Positions 37,344 to 50,674 of a DNA stretch of 64,000 nt are shown piece by piece; position 1 is the stretch's first letter, and each line of letters begins with the position of its first letter. The notes beneath the pieces are model-generated. The model ran no database searches. It saw only the letters and a program-made list of their open reading frames with translations, and was not told the DNA's origin. The position numbers and the translations under genes were made by a program. Origin of the DNA: Lingula anatina (taxonomy: Eukaryota; Animalia; Brachiopoda); contig CM120647.1 of assembly GCA_051362555.1 (NCBI GenBank), forward strand, positions 1,116,001 to 1,180,000, read 5' to 3'.

Positions 37344-37916
37344 AAAGAATGCTTTTAGACGCCATCCAGCACTTTCTAATGCAATGACCGCAGTTGATAT
37401 TTTCTTATGCCATCTGGGAAGATTTTGTTCGACATTTGGACTTAATTGGGTCTAATTGGTGCTGAAAACATGTTTTTCTCAAAGGTCGCGTCATTCAGGA
37501 AGAGGCCGGTATCCCCAGAAGTAGGAGAAAGCAGTGACCAGAAGACGTGGACTTTTTCCATTGTGTCTAAAATCTACAGGATTTTATCCTGTGCTTTCCT
37601 CTTCACGAAGACGCCTTAAATATTCGTCCTTTTAGACGACAATCGCTAACATTACTCACATTGGTGTTCAAGGATTTGGAAAAAAACATAAATGTAACTG
37701 TCCACACAATGCAAAATTGATTTGAATTCTAATAATAATAAAAATATATAACTTGGTTTGTATAAGAAAAGGGTCTTGAAGCCGTCCGGAATTTTGTTAT
37801 TTGTGTTTCTGTTCTCTCTAACGTTCGACACTATGCCTGTCATACAGATAACATTTGGTACCGAATACCCAGTTAGATAGACATATGTTTGTTTTAAGCA
37901 TTCAAATTCAACATTA

Positions 37917-39422
37917 TACAGACTTGACATTTAATATGGAAATTTTTTCCAAATAATTTTCATCATTTTTTTCCTATTTTGCTGACTGATAAATGAAAAT
38001 AAGGATTAAAATCGTGATTTATAACTTTTTATTATCTCTTTGATGTCATTGTGACATCAGTTCATTAATTAAATTCACCAGAGAAGCAAACAAAAACACA
38101 TTGCCTATTTAAAGATATATTTAGGATCTCCATATTTTCAAATTTATTGTCTGTAAAAGACTTACACGCTTCACAAAGGACCCTCATGTCAGTGTCTAGC
38201 TACGGTAATGGTCGCTGTTACGCCTGACCTCGTCTGGCCGCTACCAGAGCTTTCAAGTGGCAAGGCATTCCTTGGGATAGGTTTTTAGAGTTAAGTCTGG
38301 AATAACATCCCAGGCATCGGTCAAAATCTGTCCGCTTTGGTCCAGTTTTGTTTAAGGTCATGTAGGCCATTGATCCGGCGAGTAATGGCCTACCCACACA
38401 TTGTCTATGTGGTTCAAATATGGCGCTTTTGATGACCAAGGTAGCTGCTCATTCCCTTGCTTCTGTAAGTAATCTTCTATTAAAAGTGCTCTGTTTGAAC
38501 TGGCAATCTCACCGTGCAAACTAAAATTGTTCCTAAGGTGCCCCCTATCAATTGCTGGTCAAGTGGTTCCAAGATTATTCCTTTATTTGATCTGGTTCAG
38601 GTTTTCGTCGATGACGACCATTGGTGTTTTGGCACCAATGTGGTATCCACTCCAAATACTGAACCTGTTAATGACCTTAGTCATTTTAGACGCGACACAG
38701 GCTTCGTCGTTGGCCTCTTCTGGAAACTCTGTAAGCTCTGTTTTGACTAGTTGAGCTGTACAGGTGAAATCTGGCCTCAATAAAGAAAGCCACGCGGTTT
38801 CAGTGTTCAACCCAGAAACAGTCAAGGCCCTCCAATTTATTAGAGAAACATACAACGATGTTTTGCTGTTTACAGTGGGTTCCACGGAGGTCGTCTGGTA
38901 TTCTAACCTGCTAAAACCAGTTTGGTGTTCTCTAAGGGCCTCGAAAAATGCGTTTTAGTGGCAATTTACCCCTCATTCTGAACGGACTGGGTGGTTTTTG
39001 TTTAGTTGCAGCAGAATATACCGAATGACAGTGGGTCCCGAACCCTGGTGGTTAGATTTCAATACATCAGTCTGGGCATTACTCTATAAAACTGTGCGGA
39101 CCGTTTCGTTTGGCGCAATTATCTGTCTGGCAATGTCTGTCTTTTTCACGCCATTTTGCCGCAGATTAACAAATTTGTAAAGCACTGCATAGCTTTGACT
39201 TGTCCAAAGGAGCACTACCCAATTAAATCACTGCATATTGCATAATGCAGCGTAACAAACCTAGTAATCAGCTAATTGGTAGCGACACACCTGACTACAC
39301 ATTTCTCCATTCACATATCTTATATGAGATCGGAATTTTTTGAAACAAGAACGCATTTTTCCTTAGGCATACCTTCAAAACTGAAATATTCCATATTAAA
39401 TGTCTGTACATAAGTCAGTATA
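37917..39422 (-). mobile_element. Decayed Tc1/mariner DNA transposon (~1.5 kb)
   Basis: 16-bp perfect inverted repeat GACATTTAATATGGAA (37926-37941 / 39389-39404) with nearby TA-CAG/CTG-like ends, enclosing transposase remnants. Confidence 0.8.
38230..39200 (-). pseudogene. Tc1-family DDE transposase pseudogene (stops, frameshifts, catalytic residues lost)
   Basis: Minus-strand fragments in the expected order: LRQNGVKKTDIARQI..TVRTVL (HTH), RVAFFIEARFHL (cf. VxFSDESRF), SIWSGYHIGAKTPMVVIDENLNQIK (cf. VMVWGxI...GNLN), FSLHGEIASSNRA (cf. FQQDNAPxH), QLPWSSKAPYLNHIDNVW (cf. WPxxSPDLNPIENVW). Confidence 0.8.
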
Positions 39423-40500
39423 GTCTACATGTCGCTCTTGTTACAGATCACGACTGGGCTGACTTAACGACTGATCTTTACATTGATTAGTTTTTCAAAT
39501 AAGAATTTCTTGGTGCTATCTCGTAAACAACTCAAGCCTCCCCAAGGACAGGTAGGTATTGACGACGTGCCATGGCTTTGAAGGTTAAAATACAAAGGTT
39601 TGGCTAGGCAGATTCTTTAAAGCAAACGCACACCCTGGATCGTAGTTCCAGGCATTGTTTGCGTGAACATAGTCAGATTTTCAAATGCTTTCAATGGCAT
39701 TTGTAGTCAATCACCCGCTTTTGACTTGTTATGGGACCTGGACCTTTAAACTGAATTCAATTTAAATCCAGACACTTCCTTTGCTATTCATACAGTGTGT
39801 TGGGTGACGTGGACATTTTGTGTACAGAATCAAAGAGGAAACTTAATTTGTCTGCAGCCATTTCTGTTAATGGCTTCTAGTGAACTGGACCAACTCCTCC
39901 AAGCTATTTTAAAAAAAGGGGCAATTTCCCTCAAAACAGAATTGTTAACCTTGTTAAAAGCTTGTCACGACGCCTACATGATGTAATTGCAGTACTCGGT
40001 AGGCACACTCTCGATTTGACACGTGACCTTTAACGAGCACATCCTCATGCTACTGTAATTGTGTGAAAATTTGGTGACATTTGGTGGCGTTATTTTAATT
40101 TAATAGACATTTCTTTACCTTTATGGAAATCACAGTGAAACACTGACGTTGAAGGGCTACATGTAATGAATTGGAATAAATGGCATAAAATATGGATATC
40201 TTCGCCACTATTTTGTATTTTCTGAACCATTCATCATGTTCTATATGGTATCTGGAATAAAAAGCAGTGTTTATAACGATTTACATCTGTGAGGTGAGCT
40301 GTAAAAATAAAAATAAAAATTTACTAACATGTAAATAGGCAAAAAGCGCCAGGTCAGTGTGCGAGAAAAGAGTGACACGCATAAAAAACAATGACAGGGG
40401 GAAAAGAACAGAGCATTTAATTCGGTTAGGACTTGTATAATTATTCACCAGGTTCAAGTCATTCCAGGAAAGAAATGTGAACGTTCTATGCTGTACCACC

Positions 40501-40701
40501 TCAGTCGTCTTATTGGTATACAGCACGTCGTTACTCTCATTTCCTGCTTTCTTCTCGAGAGATGGCGCTGCAATCGTGAAAGAATGACGAGTTTGAAGAT
40601 AGGCAGACATCCTGCAGAAAACGGCGCAGAAAGCGAGCGACTACAAGGAGCAAGGCAAGGAGATAAACGGGGATTTCGATTTGCTGTTAGCTTCGGTGAG
40701 T
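40501..40701 (+). promoter_or_regulatory. Candidate promoter and non-coding first exon (possibly of GPCR-2)
   Basis: Inr-like TCAGTC at 40501, YY1-like AGATGGCG at ~40560, CpG-richer stretch, consensus donor G|GTGAGT at 40696. Motif evidence only. Confidence 0.3.
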
Positions 40702-42109
40702 AACGCAGCGAATTGTTGCTGAAGTGCCTTAATGCTTCAAATTATCAATACTGTTTATTGGGTAAATGCATTGGGGAATTTTTTTCATTTTTGATTCCTG
40801 CCTGTCTGCTTGTTTCGTTGCACTGGTTCATGTTGCAGAATCAATCAAACATATTTAATCAAAGTGCAGGTTAAAAGTTCCCTTTTATTTCTTTGAGCAA
40901 ATTAGGAATTGTCTTATTTTTCAAATTTAACTGAAAATACGTGCATATATATATATATGATTTTACAACTTAATTTATGGTTGTTGTGGTCTTAAAAAGC
41001 AAAAAGCTTAAACCTGAAACTGTTGATTTGTAAATTAATAGATATTAAAATTTAGCATGTCAACATTCTTATCCTCATATATATTTTTAGCTCTTGTACA
41101 CAAAACCTTCAAGATAAAAACTCGTTTTCAGCGATATCGGATATAATAACAGATCATCAGCTTGACAAATGTACATCTACATGTACGCCATAAAGTTGGT
41201 GCCATACTTGTATGAGATAAATGAGATAAAAATAGCAAGGTGTTAAATGCACAATTTACGCATTGATTTTGGCTCAGAAAGACGTGAATCCCAACGCGAA
41301 AACAACTACGGTGAAGTTATTTTCATTCATTAATTGAAATGAAGAAATCTTCCTATGCATTTTGCAAAAAAACAAAAGTATTTTACCAGCATCGATCAAT
41401 TGTTTTTTTTTTTGTTTTGTTTTGTTTTTTTGTCAGTCAGATATATTTCCGTCTTGTCTGACTACCATAATTCGACAGCATTTTCGCATTGATCTTTCCA
41501 GGGGCCGATATACTGGTAAATAACCGTGATATAGAACTGCGGTGCAGTCATGAAAGCATGATTGTTTCAACTATTGGACACTCAAGTTTTTTCTTTTTAT
41601 AATGAAATATTAAAACCAGAAACATAAAAAACCCATGCAAACGTTTCGTCGGTATATTTAGTTTAAGCGTGTCGTTAATTTTTTTTTGTTGACTTTTTGC
41701 CAATGCCTCGCGTGTATTAACGAGAATGTAACGTTGCGATGATCAGTCAAAAGTCATGGTGGGCATGTTGCTGTATACCTGCACATGGCTAATTAAATGT
41801 TTTAAAGATATTTCATAGAACGGAGGTCTTCATTGTTTTTTAACAGTAATATAAAGCTATTATTAGAATATCAAAGAACAAATCATTTCTCTAATTATTT
41901 TTCAATCCGTCGACATTATAGAAAATCCGTAATTGTTCGTTGAGCATATTGGTATTGGATCAGAAAATAAGTAATCAAAAGAACAAATGTGCGTATCCTG
42001 CGTACACGTAAAATATATTCCAGTGTGAAGGGCGTGCTTTATAATAAATGTAATCAGTTCCTTCAGTCTGGCAGGGTACCCAGGAAAGGTGATGCTAGTG
42101 GAGTTTTCA

Positions 42110-42283
42110 TCGTACTATAGCGGTATCAAAGTCCCAGAAATAATTTGGTGTTTTGAGGGGCAAACGGTGCCATTTGGTACGACTTATGCCTATGATTGAG
42201 TTACTCAAAACTCTAATTTTAAGAAAGGGATATTGGTGTATGTTTTTCAGAAACCGAAGGGAGGGGGGGGGGGGGGGTCAGGA
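42110..42283 (-). mobile_element. Partial, diverged MITE family B copy
   Basis: AACGGTGCCATTTGGTAC...CAAAACTCTAATTTTAAGAAAGGGATATTGGTG...GGGGGTCAGGA matches the family B interior in reverse. Confidence 0.55.
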
Positions 42284-43838
42284 TATTTTGAAAATTGGCT
42301 GAAAGTCGATCCATTTAAGTGCTGCGCTAAATGTGAAAAGGGCCATGATGAAATCCAAACAAAAATAATTGTGAAAGACAGTGCAATCGATAAACAAACT
42401 TGCCACAATAGATATGAGATAAGAGCGAGCAATTAATAGCGCACGTCATTCTAAGAGAGCAGTTAAAATGAAAAAGCTGTGCAGGAACTGTGGGCAATCA
42501 TTTGCCATCAGACCATAACAGATATAACCAGCTGAACTGGGAAGAAATCACGAAGCAACCGCCCTGAGAGTTTACTGGGCATATTGCGTATATCATAATT
42601 GCTAGAAGTAGGTGGCGAATATTTCATGGGGCGAGCTGTCTAGAGTTACATTCTCAGTCATGGCATATAATTTAAAAGTTAAGCAGTGACTGACACGTGA
42701 TTTCTATTGCTCTGCTTTGTACCTCTTAATCCGTTGTATTGTCTATAATTTTTATAAGTACGAATATCGTTCCGTTCAGATATAGATATTAGGTTAATGT
42801 CCGCATCGATGTATATCTCTGTCTTGTTCGCAGGTTTTGGCTGCCCCCAAAACACGTTTTTTACACTTCCAAAGAGACTAACGTGCCGTTATTGCAATTC
42901 AATCCTCATAAGAATAACAGCATAGTTTCATTTGCTGCAATACAAAACGGACTGGTTTCCTTTATGCTCACAAATCCTCTGCATTTTTTCTATGTCAGTC
43001 CGTGTTAGGACACGGCCATTAGGATTTGACATGGGATGTATGGCATTCTCTTCAAGATAGGGACAAGATAACCGTTCTACACAATAGCCAGGAACTTAAG
43101 GAAGGCAATCCCGTTACTCGAAAGCATTGGCGTAATTAGAGCATTCTCTAAGAGAGGAAATGGGAAATTCTAGCTGCAAAATCTTAGAAAGACCCTAATT
43201 TCTACAACAACTGAATTGAATGGAACAAGAAAGCTCTTGGCTTAGGTTTTTCCGCCATTAATCTACATTTTATCATTTCGACCAGCGCACACATCCTGAA
43301 TGACTTCAGGCCGACGTCTGCTCGGTGTGGTCGAAACAGTGGCCATAAATACGCTAATTGTCTCAGAGTGATTCATATTGAGATGACAAGTCTCCTGCTG
43401 TTAACACCTGGTACATTACGTGAAGCAGGATAATGCATTTCATCTTGCAGAGGTCACGTATAGTACAGGTGTTTTAAACCCAAGCTCTCGTAGGCATTAT
43501 GATATTTTTCGTCATTAAATTGTGCGTTTGTTGCAAGGATATTACTAGAGCATTGCCCACGAGTACAAGAGTTTTGATTTTGCCTCATTTCCTCGACATT
43601 ACCGTACACGGCCACGTTATTAAAAGGGCCTGTTGCAATAATAGGGCAAATGTCATATGTCATAAAAGTACTGCAAAATCTGCCTACACGCAGCTCTGCA
43701 CGGTCACTGTGACAACACTAACCCCAACCCATGCTTAGGACCCGGGGTTTTACCTGAAGCCTGAGATATGGCATCCAATTTCCAAGTAAATAGAAAACGT
43801 TATCATAACGTTACCATAACGTTAACATAATAAAAAAT

Positions 43839-44024
43839 AACGTTATGATTACGTTTTTGTAACTCTAAAATAACGTTCTGTATTCGTAGGGTTTAGCTAG
43901 ACACCCACGGGTAAAGAAAAAAAAACACGGGTAAAGAAAAAAAACGTTATGATTACGTTTTTGTAACTCTAAAATAACGTTCTGTATTTGTTGGGTTTAG
44001 CTTGACACCCACGGGTAAAGAAAA
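43839..44024 (+). repeat. 82-bp direct duplication (43839-43920, 43943-44024) covering the end of an AACGTT-rich MITE-like repeat, with an extra CACGGGTAAAGAAAA between
   Basis: Direct reading. Confidence 0.85.
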
Positions 44025-44294
44025 CGGAAAGACAGAGATTCAAAACACAACAGTACAGATGTCTTTCATAATTCTAAAAATAATGATGGTACGACCTAGA
44101 TGAAGATAAGGTATGTATTCTTGAAAGACGTGAGACAAACCACGTGTTACAAGGCCACATTTCACGATTATTCAGGAGTGGAGTTTGGCCTCCGAATTAC
44201 AGCGTGCTGGGGAATAAATAACTTTGATATTCAATACTGTAAATATTTTTTCAAACACAGTTTACGTGAAAATGTTTTTGATTGTTAAATTAAC

Positions 44295-44343
<49 letters not shown>
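44295..44343. repeat. (AAT)n microsatellite
   Basis: Direct reading. Confidence 0.9.
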
Positions 44344-44345
<2 letters not shown>

Positions 44346-47326
44346 GTATTTCAGGATTCACGTTAAATAAAGGTACGTAAAAATATAATTGTACTTCAGT
44401 TTAGTCGTTGAGAGGTAGCTTTGAGAGACCCTAGTCGTGTCGTTGGCGCCATCACCCAGAATAACCTACTGGCAATTTGCACAAATGACAACGATTTTCA
44501 CGCCGTCTTATTGATGATCGATCTCACCATGTGCTCGGGAAGTCGCAAAATAAGACAAGTAGTAAAAAAACAAGCAACATTATTGCATCCAGAAACACCT
44601 CTGTTGTTTTCAAAGAAACTGCAGAACCATTTTAACAGACATATTGAGATGACTTAATTCCATGCGTTATTGTTGTTCATCGCCGTCGTTTTTATGACAT
44701 TCTAGGTTTACTAGTTCCATCAAGGGAATCCAATAGAGAAATGGAATGGCCAAACACTAACACTGCCTTTAAAGGACGTTTTAATAAAGTTAGATAGTCT
44801 CCCGCAAAAATTCAAGCTTTAAACGCCATTAACGTTGCATGCGAAAGTAGGTAAAAAGAACATTGCTTCTAAAGAAGGAAAATATACCTTTTACCTATGA
44901 GTCAAGTTACGAGAAAACACATTTATTCTCTTAAGAGAGGATTAACTCTTGAGCATAATACAAAAGATCCCTAATCTACCACGTCTTAGGCGGCACAGAC
45001 GACAAGAACGTTAAAGCGTTTGGAACTAAACCGGTAAAGCCGTTTCCTGAAACGATCGAAATAACAGGCTCATATTGCAGTGAAAAAGTGAAACGGTCCT
45101 CACTTAACTATGAAGTCTAGATCTGAGGCAAGTGAATCAACAGATAGAAAATAAACTTCATCATTATCAGAGCACAACCCATTTGCTCTGCAATCATTCG
45201 CCATCTGCCAGAATGAAATCCCGATGTACGACTTATTGAAGTTCTATTAAGTCGGTTCATAAATTTTGTTTAATAGCCATGTTTCAACCAACGCCCGTAT
45301 ATTTGACCGTGGTTGTACAAACAGAGCCCTTTTCCAAGGACAATCTGCGCATTCTGTCTTAAAGTAAAAGCTTCATTTTTTCCATCTCAGCCATGCTGCA
45401 CGGTTCATTTTATTCATATGTTTCCCTCAATTTCCATCCATTTACTTAATGCATATATATTTGCACATTTTGTGCTTTGTCTTGAAGTAATGTCTCTCTT
45501 TTATCAAATCTCAGACACGCTGCCTGGTCCATTTTATTCATATATTTCGTTTAATTTCCATTCATTTACCTAATGCATACATATTTACCTTGTTATTTGT
45601 CGAGGGAATTGTGGCCTTTAAAATGGTAAACATCATTATAATCAAATAATCTCAAAGCACACATATTATTCATCTGAAACTCATCTGGTCAATACTTTTA
45701 GCTGATTAAGATGGCTCCACGGTCTGTTTCAAAGACCCACATGTTGCTTTCTCCTAAAACGAGGAACTCGGATGTCATTTTGGTTCAAACTCAACTTGGG
45801 AGGAAAAAGTATATGCTTACTTAAAGCTGATTGACACCAAGTGATCATTACATTGGCCCAAGGTAAAAAAGATAGTAAAACTTTCTACGGAGATTCTAAC
45901 GAATACAGCGGTAAGTTTTCATCCTGGCCAATGAACTGTTCATACAAAGATATATGTTTTCGGGGCTAATGGTAAATATACCTCATAGACTTGAATAACC
46001 GATTATTTCCGGGTGCGTTTTCTACGGAAGTTTCTGAGTGGTTTATAACGAACTGGCCCTCAATAGGTTTGAAGGTCCCACATGCGTACGCAATAGGCTA
46101 CAACTGAGAGTAGATAATTACGTTGAAGCGTAAGAGATCCCTTAGCACATCGTAAAAAGAACATTAACTCTTTAAGCAATGTGTGAATTGCATTTTAGCT
46201 AGAATTCATAGGAGTACTATAGTCAGGGTTCAGCAAAGTCCAATAATTAACCCATTATCTCCATAGAAACCGCCAAAACAAAAACATTTAGGCTAATGCA
46301 CTCCCGAGGGATATTCTTACTGCAATTATACCATTATTAGAACCTATTTTACATGATAAGACATGTAAACTGTCACTTTCTTTGAGATTGCTGCTAGTAA
46401 AATTGCATAGCGCGTTAATTGTGTATTGGATGTCAACGACCAAGCCTGGGAAATATGCATTCTTTTTACAACTCAAATTTTAAATTACTGAACGGGTATT
46501 AATGGAATATGCAAAAACTAACCCAATTTTTAACTGAAGTATTTTTTTGTATTTTTGTTTGTCTTACTGGGGCACATTGCCGCCTTCAGAGTGATTAAAT
46601 GGATATTAAACCACTACTAAGTACGAATGAATTTTAAAATGCCTAGCTGTATTTGACCGAATGAGAAAACTACAACAAAATTTGCTTCCACTATTAAAAC
46701 AGTCTTGCCCCGTAAGTACTGTAATCAGCTATCATGCTGCATGGAAGTACATATCTCTTTAAAAATTCAAAATTGTAACCACGTGTATACATCTGTCTAA
46801 CAATGGCAACCTCGAACATGTGAGTATTTTGTAGACTAATCGCACTGAATGCTTTATGTATACGGCGAACAAGCCTTGGAAATAGGCCTCCAGACAGATA
46901 TGTTGAAAATTGCGCACTCACAAACATATCATCTCCGGTTTAGAAACAACCTCAAGAAAATCAATACTGAAGACAAAACAGTAAAAAAAGCCTTTATGTT
47001 CCGCACTCTGTCAAGGCCAAAGCCCTCCTTAAAGATAATAACACTTCCTTTGAGATTCAAAATTCCGCAAGAAATACATTGTAAACCACGCGTGGTAATA
47101 TATTCTATTGTATTTTACCACTAAAACGGCTGTTGTTGTAGTAAAACTAAAATGTGTCATTGTCAATAGGGCTTTCGATGCCTTTCTTCCAGGTCGTCTA
47201 ACTTTGAATGCAGGAATGGGTTCGTTGACCATTGGTTAGTACGGGGAAATTGCCGCTTACTCCAGAAAATCCCATTTTTGTGGCCAAAATGAAGAGTTAT
47301 TATTACTTTTAAAAAAGCGTATCTAA

Positions 47327-47528
47327 GACCCCATTCCCATAGATTTTTAGATCGATCTATCCCTGTGAGGAGTCTCACTAGATTACTGTTAGCTTAGCCG
47401 GCTTAAGCGTCTGTCCCGCCTACTAAATGATGTAAGGGGGTAATTAACTATGGTGCGCGCTCGGCAGACTGCAATTTAGCGTGAACCCCCAGGGAGGAAG
47501 GTCGATCTAAATCTCTGGGAATGCACTC
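47327..47528 (-). mobile_element. MITE family A copy, reverse orientation, lacking one internal subterminal repeat
   Basis: TAA|GACCCCATTCCCATAGATTTTTAGATCGATC ... GGGAATGCACTC|TAA. Confidence 0.9.
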
Positions 47529-48838
47529 TAACCTCTTGAGGCATTGTGTAATACCTCGGAGAGCGTTCTTTGCCAACAGTGTTCAATGAATCGGGAGGTT
47601 CTAAGGAGTTTAGGTTCCCAAAGGCTTAATTTGATCTTGCCTCAGTACTCAAGACATTGTAACAGCAAAATGTCACTGCAAAAGAGTACCCCTTTCATTT
47701 ATGAGTATGCATGACAACCACAAGGTTTTCCGTGATTCCTATTTACGTAATTACGTAATCACTTACCATAAATTGCACTCCTTTCACGCCTTGCCTAGGT
47801 TATGTTCTGGGCTTTCGTGACTGGATTCTGAAAATATATGTTCGGCGAAAAAAACGTACGAATTATTTCAAAAATTAAAAAAAAAAAAGAATGTTATGTT
47901 GTGGGAACATATTCAGTTTATATAAAAATTAACGAACGGTGTGTGCATTATCTACCAATACTTGGTTTAAATATTCAACTTAGCTCATATGGTTACTTTA
48001 TGTAGTTGTTCAAAATAAGAATGTTTCCGAGCTTTTTGAGCGAGTGTATTATTGAAAATATCTTTGCATATATGACGATATCTTACAACTGCGGCGGTCC
48101 CAGTGGTTAACACCTTGGACTGCGGCAAGGACAAGGAGGCAATACTTATCTATATTGTATTAATGCTCTGGTATTTCAAAAGCATGGATAGTTTTAATAA
48201 TAGTAGCCTGCAATTTCAAATTGGATGTTCTTTTTTTTGAAAAAGTGGACCTTTAACCATGAAACGTTCGTGTACATAGATGAAATTTTACCCAGAGGGG
48301 ACCTTTTCCTAGCAAAATAGAGGGTTCTTTCCAACTCACCGAACTACCGTCCAGGGATCATTAAAGGATCTATCAAGGCAATGACACTGTTGTAATTGAT
48401 ATTTTACATATAACCGATGCAGACTAGAGAGAGCTAACGTTACAAGCTCGAATATTTAGGTGAAAAAATCACGCTCCGTCAGATATGGCATTGTCCTTCG
48501 TTGCGTGTATTTGCTAGAGGTTCGGGAACACAGGGAAAAACTCGAAGTCGTTTTGGTCCATGTTGCTACCCTCGAATACAAAAATAATAACAATAATTAG
48601 AAACGTCAAAGGGGATAAAGGATACTCAATTTAGTTCTATTTCTAATCGTTTTTATTCGATTTTTTTTCTTAATTTTCCTCCTTTGTGTTTTTATTTTAT
48701 GTTATTCCTTATTATCATCGTCATCGTCATCTCCTTCTTTCTGAGGGTTTCACTCAGGTCACGTTAATAGAAACATTAACTATCTATCTAACACCACTTC
48801 TGAACGTTCCTGAGTCGTTTCATTTCACAAAGAAATGG

Positions 48839-49301
48839 CCAATCGATATTGGACGCCCCAGTGGCTCTCATTGCCAGCACATCTTATTTTCACTCTTGTC
48901 AATCACGCCGGAAGTAATCAACGTAACGTTAAGCAAGTCTGCGGTTTCCGATGGTACTAGTTTCTACATCGCGTGTGAAAGGCACCCACAACTCACTAAA
49001 CCACAGTCTGATATTCATATCCTAAGACACGCTAATGGGTTTACCATTTCGGTTTCTTCCTTGGATGATCAAGATGGAACATTCCCTTGAGGAGCAGTTT
49101 GGTAGATTGTGTTATCTCGTGTCATTTCACCAACATTGGCTTTCAGCTTTCGTTTCAACTTTATTTTTTCACAAACACCAAGTTCCTTCCAAGACCACAT
49201 CCCGTGTTATTGCATTACATTTATTACAAGCGACGTCAAGGTATTCTTGAAGCTTTTTACAATAGTTTATTTGATAATCAGCAGTAGATGAAATGGTAAG
49301 T
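48839..49301 (+). promoter_or_regulatory. Candidate proximal promoter and 5' non-coding exon of GPCR-2
   Basis: Inverted CCAAT pair CCAATCGATATTGG (48839-48852), ETS-like CCGGAAGT (48908), consensus donor ATG|GTAAGT at 49296. Motif evidence only. Confidence 0.3.
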
Positions 49302-50493
49302 CACTCAGGTCTCTAGGAGCCAAGCGAATGCTGACCACGAACTAATCTGTAAAATCTCACCTATTGGGGGATCGTCTGGGATACTCCAAAGCCTCGCGAA
49401 TTAGCATAAAATTAAAGGAAATTCTGCAGGGTTTGGAAAGAAAGAGACCATAACTTGTGCCCTGCATACCTCAAACAAAGCCATGGTTCTGGACATTTAT
49501 AAACACACAGATTGAAAGCATGTAAAGCGGGGTAATTGATAATTAACCGCACCGGTGTTCCAAGATTTAACGAAGTGCGGCTAAAAATGACGCCAAAAAC
49601 AGTTTATAGGATTGCTTTTATGGAAGGGGGGGGGGTTATCTCTTTCAAAACTGTACAGGTGCATTCCATGTCTAGATGCGTAAACTTAACGTACAGGGGT
49701 AGTAAAGGCACTGTCTTAAGAAATCGTTCTTTACCATTCCCATACATATATAGTTCAAGCTAAGTCAGATTCCCAGTGGCTCATAATAAAATAATTTTCC
49801 ATCTCACACCATTTTCCAAAACTTGATCAACTTTGTAGTCTATTACGTGTCCCTCGATATCATTTCAAACCATTTCTATTTTCACGAGTGTAATTTCTGT
49901 TGAATTATTTTTTATAAACAAAAAGTCTAAATTAAGAAATATTGAAGGTCTGTAGCCACATTAAATGTGCCTAATTCTTGTAAGTCGTCAGCAGAAAGTA
50001 AAACACTTCGTTATCTTGCGCTAAGTTAATAAGTTTGTAAGTTTTTGAACTACTGGACCTATTCGTAAAAAGTCATAAACCTATAAAGCAGATGGAGGTA
50101 AATGGTCGAATCGCCACCCTCATAGGCCCAATAGTCGAACCCTGCAATGTTCCTTCCTGTATATTCTTTGCTGAAACACAGTCTTCAGGTCAAAGGAAGC
50201 AAAATTAGCTCGATTGCTACATCCGAGACATTGAACATTTTTCAATATGGCCGTCAACTTTTGAGGAAAAGTAGAAAAACGACCAGAAACGCTGGGTAAA
50301 ATCATTCCATGAGTCTGTCATGTTGCTCCATGGTTTTGAAGCATAAACATATTTAGCTTATGGTTTTGGAACAGGGTATATCAAATTATAAGTAAGAACA
50401 AAGTAGCATTTACTCCTGTCTTAGAAAAGATTAGGCTTAAAGAAACTGAACCATTACGATACAGTTCTACACACGTCACGGTGAGGCTCCATC

Positions 50494-50674
50494 TATGGTG
50501 GCTGATTCGGGACATCGTGGTATCGCATCGTGATATCGTGATATCGCATCGTGCTATCGTGTTATCGTGGTCTCGCATCGTGCTATCGTGATATCGCAAC
50601 GTGCTATCGTGATATCGCAATATCGCGTCCCATTAAACGAATCGATATTACGATGTCCCGAATCAGCCACCATA
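50494..50674. mobile_element. Non-autonomous TIR element with TATGG termini and 6-bp TSD (IS3EU-like), with internal ~21-bp tandem repeats
   Basis: TCCATC|TATGGTGGCTGATTCGGGACATCGT ... ACGATGTCCCGAATCAGCCACCATA|TCCATC. 25-bp perfect TIR; interior GCATCGTGCTATCGTGATATC repeats. Confidence 0.85.
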
